IMG/VR virus record: IMGVR_UViG_2912869438_000005
Span: 1-64,000 of that record
Source of the DNA: an uncultured virus (IMG/VR IMGVR_UViG_2912869438_000005)
Lineage: Duplodnaviria > Heunggongvirae > Uroviricota > Caudoviricetes
Length of the DNA stretch: 64,000 bases
Strand: one strand, 5' to 3'
Shown here: positions 42,790-52,461 of the stretch, piece after piece
Layout of the letters: every line of letters begins with the position of its first letter
Position numbering within the stretch: position 1 is the stretch's first letter
Program-made: the position numbers and the translations under genes
The notes under the pieces: model-generated
The model's database searches: none
What the model saw: only the letters and a program-made list of their open reading frames with translations
What the model was told of the DNA's origin: nothing

Positions 42790-42992
42790 GGAGCAGCAGA
42801 GAACAGAGTGAAATTTTTTCGTCTAAATATGACCAAATAAAAATATCTAACGTCCGTAAAACTGTAAAGAGCGTGAAACGTAAGCTGTTAAACGTTATCC
42901 GTTTCCCATCCTACAAAAAAATTGTAATTTTATCGGTATTGCAGTTTGGATACGCTCCAAACCAAGGCGGCTCTCTACTTCTCTGACGCTCC
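42790..42992 (-). ncRNA. ~200-nt structured RNA with internal 7-nt periodic repeats
   Basis: GGAGCGUCAGAGAAGUAGAG pairs with CUCUGUUCUCUGCUGCUCC; inner hairpin GGUUUGGA/UCCAAACU; repeats at 42849-42904. Confidence 0.6.
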
Positions 42993-43066
42993 AAGCTGAT
43001 GATTTTTACACCAGCTATGAAGGTGAAATAATTTTCACCCTCATAGCTAAGGCAAAAGCTCAGCAT

Positions 43067-43582
43067 TTATAGATACTTATTAGCAGCCTCAAACTCAATT
43101 TCATAGTTATGATTTGCTTTTTCAATTGCATTTGATAAGCGATTCGCCATTCTTTCAAGTTTCAATCCTTTAGATTTCATTTTCTCAGGCTCAAACATGG
43201 CTTCACGATAACTCACAACATCAGAATATGATGCTAGTCGTTCAGTTTGTTTCGAACGTCCATAGTTTTTAAGTTTATTAGCTTCACCTCTTAGTTGTTG
43301 AGCTAACTCAAGAGCTTCCGTTATAGACAACTCTTTTTCATCCCATACAACTTTAGCATATAGGTTTGCTTCGGCCATCAATACTACAAGGTCACGATAA
43401 TCTTTCCTTGCCACTTCCAACTCTGTTGTGATTTTATCAATAGTTTTTGTTGGTTTAGTGTATGGTTCATCTTTGTCGTGTTCAACATAGGCAACGCTAT
43501 CTCTTTCTTGCAAGAGCTCTTGAATACGTTTGGAAATAGTATTTCTTAAAGGGAGAGCTTCAAATAGTGCGATTTTTGACAT
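43067..43582 (-). CDS. DIP1984-like helical protein
   Basis: LFEAL.LR...KRI.EL, N...V......SITEAL, RL..AI..AN pattern; AAGGAG RBS. Confidence 0.65.
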   Translation of the reverse strand: MSKIALFEALPLRNTISKRIQELLQERDSVAYVEHDKDEPYTKPTKTIDKITTELEVARKDYRDLVVLMAEANLYAKVVWDEKELSITEALELAQQLRGEANKLKNYGRSKQTERLASYSDVVSYREAMFEPEKMKSKGLKLERMANRLSNAIEKANHNYEIEFEAANKYL

Positions 43583-43640
43583 TCACATCATCTCCTTTTT
43601 CGTTAAGAAAGCGGCTCGCATCTTGCAAGCCCATTTTGTA

Positions 43641-43712
43641 CAGAGGCGACAGGGATCGAGCCTGCCCACGCGGTTTTGGAGACCGCATCGCCACCGAGGA
43701 ACATGCGCCCCT
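43641..43712 (-). tRNA. degenerate tRNA-Trp(CCA)-like element (pseudo-tRNA)
   Basis: Acceptor AGGGGCG/CGCCTCT plus G discriminator; anticodon arm GCGGT-CTCCAAA-ACCGC; T arm GCAGG-CTCGATC-CCTGT; C8, weak D stem, no encoded CCA. Confidence 0.75.
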
Positions 43713-44190
43713 AGGATCGCCTGCGCACCGGATGGCTCGGAAGCACATTCCGGAAAGCCCGGCAACGCAAGCACAAATAGAATAGTTTTGAAAAGACAAG
43801 ACCGAATATAATCCTTTTCAGTGAAATGGGAGCGGTGATCGAACGCTCAAATGCCAATTCACTTATTTTACGATTATAGAAAAATCGCTAACCCGGAAAA
43901 ATTTTATGCCTCATTCGAATAGTCGAAGGGCAGTATTCAGATGAGGAAGACGCATCCGCCTCATCTAAGTGCAAGCCGAAGCTGTACACCGCAATTAATT
44001 TAAGACAAAACTATCGCCCATAATAAGACTGTGATGGGTTCACCCTACAAAGTAGTTAGTAGCAAAGGTCTTATTGACAGTTTTCGTCCGATAATAGCCA
44101 CTTGCCTGTCTCCTAGAGATACAGGCGAGCTAGCTAACCTCGATCCCTCGCAAATGACTATTATCCGACCCACTTCAAATTGAAGTGGAG
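43713..44190 (-). ncRNA. ~480-nt non-coding tract of back-to-back stem-loops
   Basis: About ten hairpins or multibranch units, e.g. GATAATAGTCA/TGGCTATTATC, AATAAGAC/GTCTTATT, AGATGAGG/CCTCATCT. Confidence 0.55.
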
Positions 44191-44203
44191 GGAAGAGGAG
44201 TAA

Positions 44204-44353
44204 TTATTCTGAAGAGATTAAACCAATACTCCTCATATACTCTTCCTCTGAGACGAAGAAAAGCTCGATCTGTTCTTTGGTAATCGTAATATTGTGCTTC
44301 TTTGCATTTTTTAATATTACTTTTTCTAAATCATCATAGTTAAACTCAACCAA
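44204..44353 (-). CDS. small hypothetical protein (49 aa, MVEFNYDDLEKVIL..), absent from the ORF track
   Basis: AAGGGAG RBS, TTG start, directly after the HU gene. Confidence 0.6.
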   Translation of the reverse strand: MVEFNYDDLEKVILKNAKKHNITITKEQIELFFVSEEEYMRSIGLISSE

Positions 44354-44373
44354 CAGAATAATTCTCCCTTTAA

Positions 44374-44649
44374 TTATTGTTTGATAGCATCTTTAAGAGC
44401 TTTAGCAGCTTTAAATGCTGGTGCTTTTGTTGCTGGGATTTCAATTTCTTCCCCTGATTGAGGGTTACGCCCCTTGCGTGCAGCACGCTCTCGCACTTCG
44501 AAACTGCCAAGACCGTGCACTTTAACTTTTTCACCATCTTTTAGAGCAGATGTGATTACATCAAATGTTGAGTCAACAACCAATTCGACATCTTTCTTTG
44601 TTAGTTCTGTAGCCTCTGCAACTGCACCAATTAGTTCTTTTTTATTCAT
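44374..44649 (-). CDS. yonN: HU-family DNA-binding protein
   Basis: [37 protein letters not shown]. Confidence 0.95.
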   Translation of the reverse strand: MNKKELIGAVAEATELTKKDVELVVDSTFDVITSALKDGEKVKVHGLGSFEVRERAARKGRNPQSGEEIEIPATKAPAFKAAKALKDAIKQ

Positions 44650-44759
44650 TCTTATTTCCTCCTAACCTAAATGTAAGTTTAATTTTATGTATCCTTCCAT
44701 ATAATAAAAATTTATGTATGGTTCAAAAACTCTTATATATCAAGGGTTTTAGCGTTTTT

Positions 44760-45566
44760 CTAAAGCGTTACATTTCGATGTTTTCTTACTCTTGCCCTTG
44801 TTTTTTCTTTTGCTATATCGGATGCACAAGAAGGGCAGTATTTAGATTTGTTGCTTTTAAATCTAAATGGAGTTTGGCAATTGACGCATGATTTAACTTT
44901 CTTTTGACCAGTGTGCAGATCGTAATAGAGGCCGATACTGTCAAACGATCTTATTTTAATAGCCGTTTCTCCACCGGGCTCGATACCATAGATAAAACTT
45001 AATTTAATGAATCCTTTATTTCGAATTTCAACAATGTCTTTCGTGGCCAACTCTCCAATATTTTGATGCAGCTTGTTGGCAGTTAACGAAGTATGAGAAG
45101 TATCTATAAGTTCTTTGTATCTTTTGTTGTTTCCACCATAATAGTGCTCTGTCGAATGTTCACCATGTTTTATGTAGTGAACTGTTGAATATAACTTTGC
45201 TAAGGCGAGAAGGGTAAAGCAGAGCTTTTTTTGTTGATGGTTGATATCTAAACGATCAATAAATCGAAGTTCATTCTCTGTTATATCAATTTCATCTATA
45301 TTGATTAAAATATTTTCTTTTTTTCTTGCATGATTGAGCACTGAATTAATTTTTTTGTAATATAGCACCCGGCTAAAATTCTCTATGTTTTTTTCACAGA
45401 AATCATAAAGGAGTTCTTCTCGTTTTTTAGGTTTATATCCTAATTCTTTATAATACTTGGCCAATAGCTTCAGTTCATAACTCAGGTTTTTTGAGATAAA
45501 CCCGTTTTCAATTATTGCTTCTACATATTCCTTCTCTTTGAATTTGTATTTGTCTATTGTAGACAC
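44760..45566 (-). CDS. DNA-binding-like protein with C-terminal zinc finger
   Basis: CVNC..KYCPSC and basic tail; overlaps the polymerase stop codon. Confidence 0.7.
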   Translation of the reverse strand: MSTIDKYKFKEKEYVEAIIENGFISKNLSYELKLLAKYYKELGYKPKKREELLYDFCEKNIENFSRVLYYKKINSVLNHARKKENILINIDEIDITENELRFIDRLDINHQQKKLCFTLLALAKLYSTVHYIKHGEHSTEHYYGGNNKRYKELIDTSHTSLTANKLHQNIGELATKDIVEIRNKGFIKLSFIYGIEPGGETAIKIRSFDSIGLYYDLHTGQKKVKSCVNCQTPFRFKSNKSKYCPSCASDIAKEKTRARVRKHRNVTL

Positions 45567-48331
45567 ACCTTTCTTAATGAGTAATGTTTATTAAGGTAGT
45601 TAATATCACCTTCTTGATCAAGTACAGGGATGTTGAAACTTTTTTGTTTTGCTTTTACGTTTTCAAATATGTATTGGCCGTAGAGATGCCATAAAATCTC
45701 TTTATTTGAGCTCTTTTCATCAACATAAAATAAGCGAACAAGGTAATTAACTGCCTCGTAAACATTGGAGCAAATATCATTGAGTCTTTGTTTGAATAAA
45801 TCTAGGGAATTGGAGAAATTGCTGCAGAGATCTGAATCATATAAATTTTTATCTGCATCACTACTTGTTCCCAATGAAAATGATTGATTAATGCTTTTTT
45901 TATGTTTTTGGTATGCTTTTGCTACTTTCCTGTACCGTGATTCATCAAATTCAACTGCATCATTCATATAAATCTTGTAAATTTCATCATCGATATCCTT
46001 GTTAACAATGTTTCTAATACCAAAGTCAACGGATTCAATGTACTTGCAGAGTCTGTTCATTACACAGTCGCTCTCAATCACAGGGTTAAACCTTTCAAAT
46101 AGCTTAAGGAATTCATGTTGCTCTTTTGTCTTTCGTTTTACTTTCTTGAGCTCCTGAAGACTAGCCCCAAATTTCTGCTTGCAAGTGATATCATAGGTTT
46201 TGACATGTTTTTTGTATTTGTTTTTAGTTCCTTTGTATAAATAAATAAAAAAGTATGGGTGTTTATCCAATAAGATTCTATTGTAAAATTCCTTAGCCGT
46301 CTTAACATTCTCCGTGTCATCTTTTTTTATCTTTTGATAATTAATCCAGCGAGAAGGGATGCCTTTAACTTCTCGTCCAATTTTGGCCTTATCAATTTGA
46401 GCACTTTGCAATTTGGTACACATTTTTACTCGATTTAATGTGGTGAGATACTCTTCAGAATCAGAATCAAGCTGAGAAAGAAGAGCGTAGCCACTCGTGC
46501 TTTTATTAGTGATTGAACCAATAATCGAGCCAAATGAAAAAAGGTCTGCATTAAATAAATCTTCCTCAGTCAAAACCTTTTTGGTTGAAGTGGGAGGGGT
46601 GTAAGCCACTGGCAACTCATTTTTATAAACCCCCTTTAATACTGTTTTATCCGAAGTTGTTGCAATAATGTCATAGTCGAAATCACTACCAGCCCAATTC
46701 ATTGTCTCAGAGCCGTGAATATTCACAATGATACCTGTGTAATTATGTCTGTACCAATAATCCATATCTTCAGTTTGCTTTAGATTTAAAATCAAATGTT
46801 CGCTGCGATAGGTGAGGGGAGCGCGCATACTGTCAACATATTTGATTCCTTTTTGATTCCAATAATTTGAGTAGTATTCACGCTTACCTAAAAGCCCTGT
46901 TACCTCTAGCCCACAAACGTGCTGCATCATTGCATAGGGATCGCTAACAAGAGTCTGGAAGTTACCATCTAAGAGTATATCCCCAAGGCATCCGCGTTGG
47001 ATTTTCCTTTTCATTAAGTCATAAATTTTCTTTTTTATGTATTTGTCGTTGATTAAGTCAGGGTTAACTATTAAAGACTTAACCCAATGATTATCAGATT
47101 TCTCCATGTAATTCGTAATTTTTTCGTCTGTGACATCAGTACCCAGCAGAAACAAGATGGTGTAATAGATGTTGCCTGAATTGACCCCGGTTATCCAGTT
47201 AACGAATTTCTCACAGACTTTTTCAATGTCTTCATGGTTTAGATTCAGAGTCTGCAAAAATTGATAGTTCATTTTTAAAATGTCTTTATCTTTTTTGGGG
47301 CTGTGTAGTGAAACTCCCCATTTCAAATTGTTCTTTTCACAGTTATTTTCATAAACCTCAATGGAGGGAAAGCTGTCCCAGAGTTTAAATTGGCTTTCAG
47401 TGAGGATAACATCAATGTCCCTCAAATCCACAATTTTTGGGTTCCCGTCAGAGTCTTTATAAGATGTTCTGATTCTATAATTCCCATTGTTTACTTTTTC
47501 GCAAAACTCATGAATAGGGAAGGTGTTTAGCATTCCTTTGATGAAGTTCTGTCTGATACACCATTGTGCAGGTACATAATCTAAGCCTAATTCATCTGCC
47601 CATTTTTTCGCCATTTCATAGCTTATCAAGCCTTGGCCATCAAAACGATTAAATGATTCAACAATATCTTTAACTTCGATGATGTCATCATCTTCATAAT
47701 TTGTTTCAGTCACAAAGTTTACTTTTACTTTAGTGTCGCTATAATAATCAGGGACTAAACAAAACCGAGGAGCACTAACTACTTGAGTGGCGCTGCCAGC
47801 CAATCCCTTATAAGCATTAAACTTAGAAGGTACTAGGGCTTTCTTTAAATCTCTTCCGTTATCCAGGATTTCATTAAGTCTTTTGGATGTCTCTTCTTCG
47901 ATAAATACAACAGTTGAAACCCTTGCTTGCCCCGCAGAAGACGAGAATCGAATAAACTTTTTGTTATTTAAAGTGAGTCCATTTTTATGTAAATCTTTAT
48001 AATGACTAGGATGATCCATTTTAATTGTTATGTATTCTGGAATAAACAGAATTTCGTTAATTTCATTTTGAATACCCTTCAACTTCTTTGAAATATCCTG
48101 TGAATGATTTAGTCTTTGTAAAGTTTCCTTCTCTTTGTTGAGTGATTCAAGGTATGTGTAGTCAACTTCCTTGTTTTTTATGTCCCTAATAGATCTTAAA
48201 ATTTGATTATCAAATAAAGCAATAACTTCGTTGTACTCTTGAGCTTCTTCGAAGGATAATGATATGTTATAGCCAAACTCTTTAAGTCTAGAAGAGTTGA
48301 ACTTGTATGTATAAAACTGTTTATTCTCCAA
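45554..48331 (-). CDS. yonO: YonO-like single-subunit double-psi-barrel RNA polymerase
   Basis: FDGQGLIS, IRQNFIKG, RAP and GSDFDYD motifs; position next to HU as in SPbeta. Confidence 0.85.
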   Translation of the reverse strand: MENKQFYTYKFNSSRLKEFGYNISLSFEEAQEYNEVIALFDNQILRSIRDIKNKEVDYTYLESLNKEKETLQRLNHSQDISKKLKGIQNEINEILFIPEYITIKMDHPSHYKDLHKNGLTLNNKKFIRFSSSAGQARVSTVVFIEEETSKRLNEILDNGRDLKKALVPSKFNAYKGLAGSATQVVSAPRFCLVPDYYSDTKVKVNFVTETNYEDDDIIEVKDIVESFNRFDGQGLISYEMAKKWADELGLDYVPAQWCIRQNFIKGMLNTFPIHEFCEKVNNGNYRIRTSYKDSDGNPKIVDLRDIDVILTESQFKLWDSFPSIEVYENNCEKNNLKWGVSLHSPKKDKDILKMNYQFLQTLNLNHEDIEKVCEKFVNWITGVNSGNIYYTILFLLGTDVTDEKITNYMEKSDNHWVKSLIVNPDLINDKYIKKKIYDLMKRKIQRGCLGDILLDGNFQTLVSDPYAMMQHVCGLEVTGLLGKREYYSNYWNQKGIKYVDSMRAPLTYRSEHLILNLKQTEDMDYWYRHNYTGIIVNIHGSETMNWAGSDFDYDIIATTSDKTVLKGVYKNELPVAYTPPTSTKKVLTEEDLFNADLFSFGSIIGSITNKSTSGYALLSQLDSDSEEYLTTLNRVKMCTKLQSAQIDKAKIGREVKGIPSRWINYQKIKKDDTENVKTAKEFYNRILLDKHPYFFIYLYKGTKNKYKKHVKTYDITCKQKFGASLQELKKVKRKTKEQHEFLKLFERFNPVIESDCVMNRLCKYIESVDFGIRNIVNKDIDDEIYKIYMNDAVEFDESRYRKVAKAYQKHKKSINQSFSLGTSSDADKNLYDSDLCSNFSNSLDLFKQRLNDICSNVYEAVNYLVRLFYVDEKSSNKEILWHLYGQYIFENVKAKQKSFNIPVLDQEGDINYLNKHYSLRKVCLQ

Positions 48332-48364
48332 TAAAGCATTCTCCTCTTTTGCTTTTAATTATTA

Positions 48365-48805
48365 TTATATTTTAATATCAGTTATGTATAATGAAAGCTC
48401 ATCCAGTAAAGCATGAATATCCTCGTCAGTTGCATTACAGGGACAAGACGAAAAGGTTATGTCTTCAATCCAAGGATTCCTTTCTAAAACTGCTTTAATG
48501 TGTTTTACTTTTTCTGAAGGGGATAAGCAAACACCATCACCAAATTCATTTTCAATGACTCTTTTTAATTTGTTTAATTGGTTGCTTGAAATCCGATCAT
48601 TTTTATTAAGGATTGCTTCTCTTCTAATAAACATGAATTCTTTTTCACTCAATCTTTTAATCTTGTTTCTTGTATTCCCTACAAAAGCTACTTCCCCTAT
48701 AGACAAATCTCGGTTAATTTCTACTCGACTAGTGTATGTATCACCGTCATTATTCACTTTTACGTCTTCTGTCAAGGTGTAACCTTGAGTATTATTTAGT
48801 AACAT
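48365..48805 (-). CDS. hypothetical protein upstream of yonO
   Basis: 146 aa, GGAGGAG RBS. Confidence 0.65.
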   Translation of the reverse strand: MLLNNTQGYTLTEDVKVNNDGDTYTSRVEINRDLSIGEVAFVGNTRNKIKRLSEKEFMFIRREAILNKNDRISSNQLNKLKRVIENEFGDGVCLSPSEKVKHIKAVLERNPWIEDITFSSCPCNATDEDIHALLDELSLYITDIKI

Positions 48806-48928
48806 GAAGCTCCTCCTGGTTTGTCTGTTTATTTTTCATTAACATCACTCCTGTTTATGTAATCTCTTTAGACTTTAGCTTTCTGAAAATTCCCTTACAT
48901 TTCATCACCCTCTTGTTAATTTGTGTTT

Positions 48929-48957
48929 ATTATATACTTTTAATTAGTGTTTGTCTA
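48929..48957 (-). promoter_or_regulatory. sigmaA-type promoter for the yonO operon
   Basis: TAGACA-N17-TATAAT. Confidence 0.7.
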
Positions 48958-48973
48958 TATATTTTGAGTTAAA

Positions 48974-49030
48974 TTATTCATCCAACTCAATTACATCAAA
49001 TAGATCTGTTAACTCGCAATTCAAAACAGA
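48974..49030 (-). pseudogene. C-terminal remnant of an XRE-type HTH gene
   Basis: Reads SVLNCELTDLFDVIELDE*, no start. Confidence 0.45.
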
Positions 49031-49382
49031 AGTCTGTTTGGGGAAGAGAAGGGAAAAGAATTGGACTATTATGTGCTTTTCCTTAGGTAAAGCAGAGAGT
49101 TAGAAGTTAGTTATAATAATGCTTGAAGGTGGTTAATTAAACAACAAACAGATGTATCCTTAAAGTTCTGACATTATTAGGAAACAGAAAAGATGCATAC
49201 AGTAATTTAAAGGGGATGGTCAGAACAGAGCGTCTTTTTTAAACCTAAATGATGAGACAGTGTTAGAAAACATTCTAAGTTAGAAAAGGGGCGACTTCAA
49301 AATGTTTATGCTCAAAGATATTGCAACAAAAATAAGGGACTGAGAATAGTTACTGCATCAGTCCCTTACAAATAACAATCTA

Positions 49383-49793
49383 TTACTTTACCATTTTGTC
49401 TAATAATTTTTCATCATACTTTGATATATCATTAATATCAAAACCGACAAACTCTTCAAACTTATCATCACTAAAACAAAAAGAAAGGCCAAAAGCGTTA
49501 AATGTTTTATTCACTTCTTTATCAGATAATCTGAGACTATAAACTACACTTTCATTATCTTCATTCAAAGACTTGGAATAGATCTTTTTTGCGCCCGCCA
49601 ATTCTTTCAAAGCATGTGCAGAATCCCCAAATAACTCTATTCCAACAATTCTATCCTCCACGTCAACATCAAGCATGATATCCTCATTGACCTCTAATTC
49701 ATCTGTAGACTCAATTTTGATTTTCCTGGAAGGGGGTAAAACATATATATATCCTAAGTCAGCTTCTTTATCAAAAGTTATGAAAGATCTCAT
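49383..49793 (-). CDS. DUF2283-like protein, candidate immunity
   Basis: TFDKEADLGYIY..IMLDVD..RIVGIEL, then a second degenerate copy. Confidence 0.75.
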   Translation of the reverse strand: MRSFITFDKEADLGYIYVLPPSRKIKIESTDELEVNEDIMLDVDVEDRIVGIELFGDSAHALKELAGAKKIYSKSLNEDNESVVYSLRLSDKEVNKTFNAFGLSFCFSDDKFEEFVGFDINDISKYDEKLLDKMVK

Positions 49794-49806
49794 TGGAACC
49801 TCCTTA

Positions 49807-50505
49807 TTATTTCCAACGTGCTTTTGGTTTTTTTGAACGGTAAGTAGTCGTTAAAGTGTTCCCTTTTTTCGCTACAGCAACACCTTTATAATAATAAACT
49901 GTTGATTTATATTTTGGATCATAATATTTTTTTCCTTTTCTAATGGCATCGAGCACATCACCAGGAGAAATATTTCGTTGAACCATGCGTACTACCAAAT
50001 GAAATGAAGGTTTAAGTGCTTTAATTCCAAATTTTTTTAACAAAGATTTAACTTGAGAAAGTATGACCCTAGCTGCTAATCCTGCAAATTGTCCCTCAAC
50101 TTCATAAGTTAATTGTTCATCATCAATATCTTGATCCATCTGATCAAGAATCTCTTGGTCTATATCTGGATTAATAGTGTCTATATAGGCTAAAGTTTCA
50201 TCATCAATTAGTATATCTGATTCTGACAAATCCTCTATCAGCTTTTCAGCTTTTTTCACTTCTTCAGTCGTTGGGTTAGTGTTTTCATTTTCTATGTAAG
50301 ACACTAATTTTTTATCTTTTATTAAGTCATCAATATCAAGGTTCAGCAACTCTCTGTCAGATAGACTTGTCAGGTTTTTAGGTTGAGTTATTTCTTCTGG
50401 TGGTGTGTTACTCTCAATTGCTTGCGCAGCTGATGTTCCAATAATACTAAAGAACATTACCAGAGCGGTTAAAAAGAAAATGAACTTTTTTGAATTTTTA
50501 AGCAT
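49807..50505 (-). CDS. secreted toxin precursor with C-terminal DUF4258-like putative nuclease domain
   Basis: Sec signal (AQA), acidic pro-region, amphipathic helix, SFHLVVRMVQRNIS..V.DAI.KG. Confidence 0.7.
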   Translation of the reverse strand: MLKNSKKFIFFLTALVMFFSIIGTSAAQAIESNTPPEEITQPKNLTSLSDRELLNLDIDDLIKDKKLVSYIENENTNPTTEEVKKAEKLIEDLSESDILIDDETLAYIDTINPDIDQEILDQMDQDIDDEQLTYEVEGQFAGLAARVILSQVKSLLKKFGIKALKPSFHLVVRMVQRNISPGDVLDAIRKGKKYYDPKYKSTVYYYKGVAVAKKGNTLTTTYRSKKPKARWK

Positions 50506-50615
50506 CTTTCTCCTCCTAATATTAAAAAATTCTAGATTATTATACCATGGTTGGGTTATTATTCAATAGTGAATAGGGATTTTTATTCTTAATTTCATAA
50601 AAAAAGGAGAAATAA

Positions 50616-51602
50616 ATGAAAAAAGTATTAATTCTATTATTATTTTGCTGTGTTATTTATTTGTTTTGTCCAATTTTTGAGACATATGGATTATCCGAGG
50701 AAGAATATTTAAAAAATCAATACAGAGAAGTTAAAACAATCAGAGAGAAATATAATCTAAAGGGAAAAGGAGTCTCAATTGCTCTACTTGATTCAGGCAT
50801 TAGTAAAAAAAAGAACCAAATAACTATCAAAGGGGGAATATCATTTAAAGAAACGGATAATTACGTTGATTTAAATGGGCATGGGACACATATAGCAGGG
50901 ATTATTAATTCAATTGCTCCAAAGGCAGATATATATGCTGTAAAGGTTTTAGACAAAAAACTTTCAGGGAGTTATGATGATTTAATTAAAGGTATTCAAT
51001 GGGCAATTGCCAATAATGTCGATATCATTTCTATGAGTTTAGGAGGTGACAAAAAGTCTGAAAGCTTACATAAAGCTATAAAAGAAGCACACCAAAAAGG
51101 GATCGTTGTGATATCATCTGTAGGGAATAATGGGTTCTCTGTAAATGATACAGTTACATACCCAGCTAAGTATGATGAGGTCTTAGGTGTTGGAGCTCTA
51201 GGAAAAAATAAGAAAAGATGGTTTAGGACTAGTCGAGGAAATGGCATTGATTTTTTGGCGCCAGGAGAAGAGATATTAAGTAACTCTTTGAATGGAAAAT
51301 ATATAAAAAGAAGTGGAACTTCAATCTCTGCAGCATATGCGACAGGTGTTGTTGCTCTTATGATAGAACAGAATAAGAGTTTATCAAATGATGAGATTAA
51401 AAATATACTCTCTCAAACAGCTATACCTCTTGGAAGTAAATATGAATATGGCCATGGAGTGTTAGATATTAATAACGCTTTAGATCAATCTAATAAAATA
51501 AGATGGTTTAAAAATTTAAAAACAGGAGGAATTGTTTTTGGATTTTTAACTTTAATAACTTGTTTCTTCTTTATTCGAAAAAGCCGTAACAGAAAGTTTT
51601 AA
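50616..51602 (+). CDS. S8 subtilisin-like peptidase with N-terminal signal and C-terminal TM
   Basis: LLDSG, HGTHIAG, SGTS catalytic motifs. Confidence 0.92.
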   Translation: MKKVLILLLFCCVIYLFCPIFETYGLSEEEYLKNQYREVKTIREKYNLKGKGVSIALLDSGISKKKNQITIKGGISFKETDNYVDLNGHGTHIAGIINSIAPKADIYAVKVLDKKLSGSYDDLIKGIQWAIANNVDIISMSLGGDKKSESLHKAIKEAHQKGIVVISSVGNNGFSVNDTVTYPAKYDEVLGVGALGKNKKRWFRTSRGNGIDFLAPGEEILSNSLNGKYIKRSGTSISAAYATGVVALMIEQNKSLSNDEIKNILSQTAIPLGSKYEYGHGVLDINNALDQSNKIRWFKNLKTGGIVFGFLTLITCFFFIRKSRNRKF

Positions 51603-52388
51603 TAGAAAGAAAATGATGTGGGACAGGATCATAAATAGAGATGGACAGAAATGACGGTCTCTATTTTTGTAATGAAACTTTTTATTTTTCCAACCGATTT
51701 TAGCTTTAGAAGAGGAATGACAGACGATAATTGTTTATCGTCTTTTTTTATTTTCATTTATCGTATAAGCACACAAAAATTTAAAAAAAGTTAATGTTGC
51801 GGATTTTTTTAAATAAATTGAGAAAAAGAAACATTGTTAATCGTTAAATGATTGGGGGAGAAGGGATTAGTTATTATTTGAGTAGGATAAGGAATGATTT
51901 AGAGGGAGGGGAGAGATTGAACAATGTTAGCTTATAAGGATTTTACGATAGCAACTACGATTGAAATTAGGTGATTGGGAGGAGAAATCAAAAAAATAAT
52001 CATGGTGTGGAAATGGAAGTGCTAGGGGAATATTCGTTCCCTTTTTTTGTTATTTTGGATGTTAATATACCCCCCCTATATAGCCTAATATATGGTATCC
52101 ATTTACGGTTATAAGGGTAGTTATAACTTGATTTATTGAATCTTGATTCAGAAAAACAGTGAGAACAATATAATATTAAAAAGTCAACCATTTCAACAGA
52201 TATTTTTAAAAAAATTGAAACTGTAATCAGATGAGGGAGCGCACTCTTTTTTTAATAAAGAATCGTTTGAATAACAGCGGGCGGCGAGTCGAAGACTTAT
52301 TTTTTATTTAACACACTTATACCAAATAATAACCCTTTCCCTTTACCTATATTATTCTCTAAAAAACAAACAAATTAAAAGAAATATA

Positions 52389-52417
52389 TTGACTATCTTT
52401 AATAGTCATGATACAAT
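52389..52417 (+). promoter_or_regulatory. sigmaA promoter with 19-bp operator (52390-52408)
   Basis: TTGACT-N17-TACAAT; TGACTAT-CTTTA-ATAGTCA. Confidence 0.8.
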
Positions 52418-52461
52418 TTAAATATAGTTAAGCGATACATATATATAACCGAAAGAAGGAA

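Noticed and set aside
42996..43002. Hammerhead core CUGAUGA
   Set aside because: No matching stem II/GAAA arrangement, and it is antisense to the local transcript
43530..43811. Four overlapping short ORFs
   Set aside because: They are by-products of GC-rich structured RNA and the pseudo-tRNA; none has an RBS
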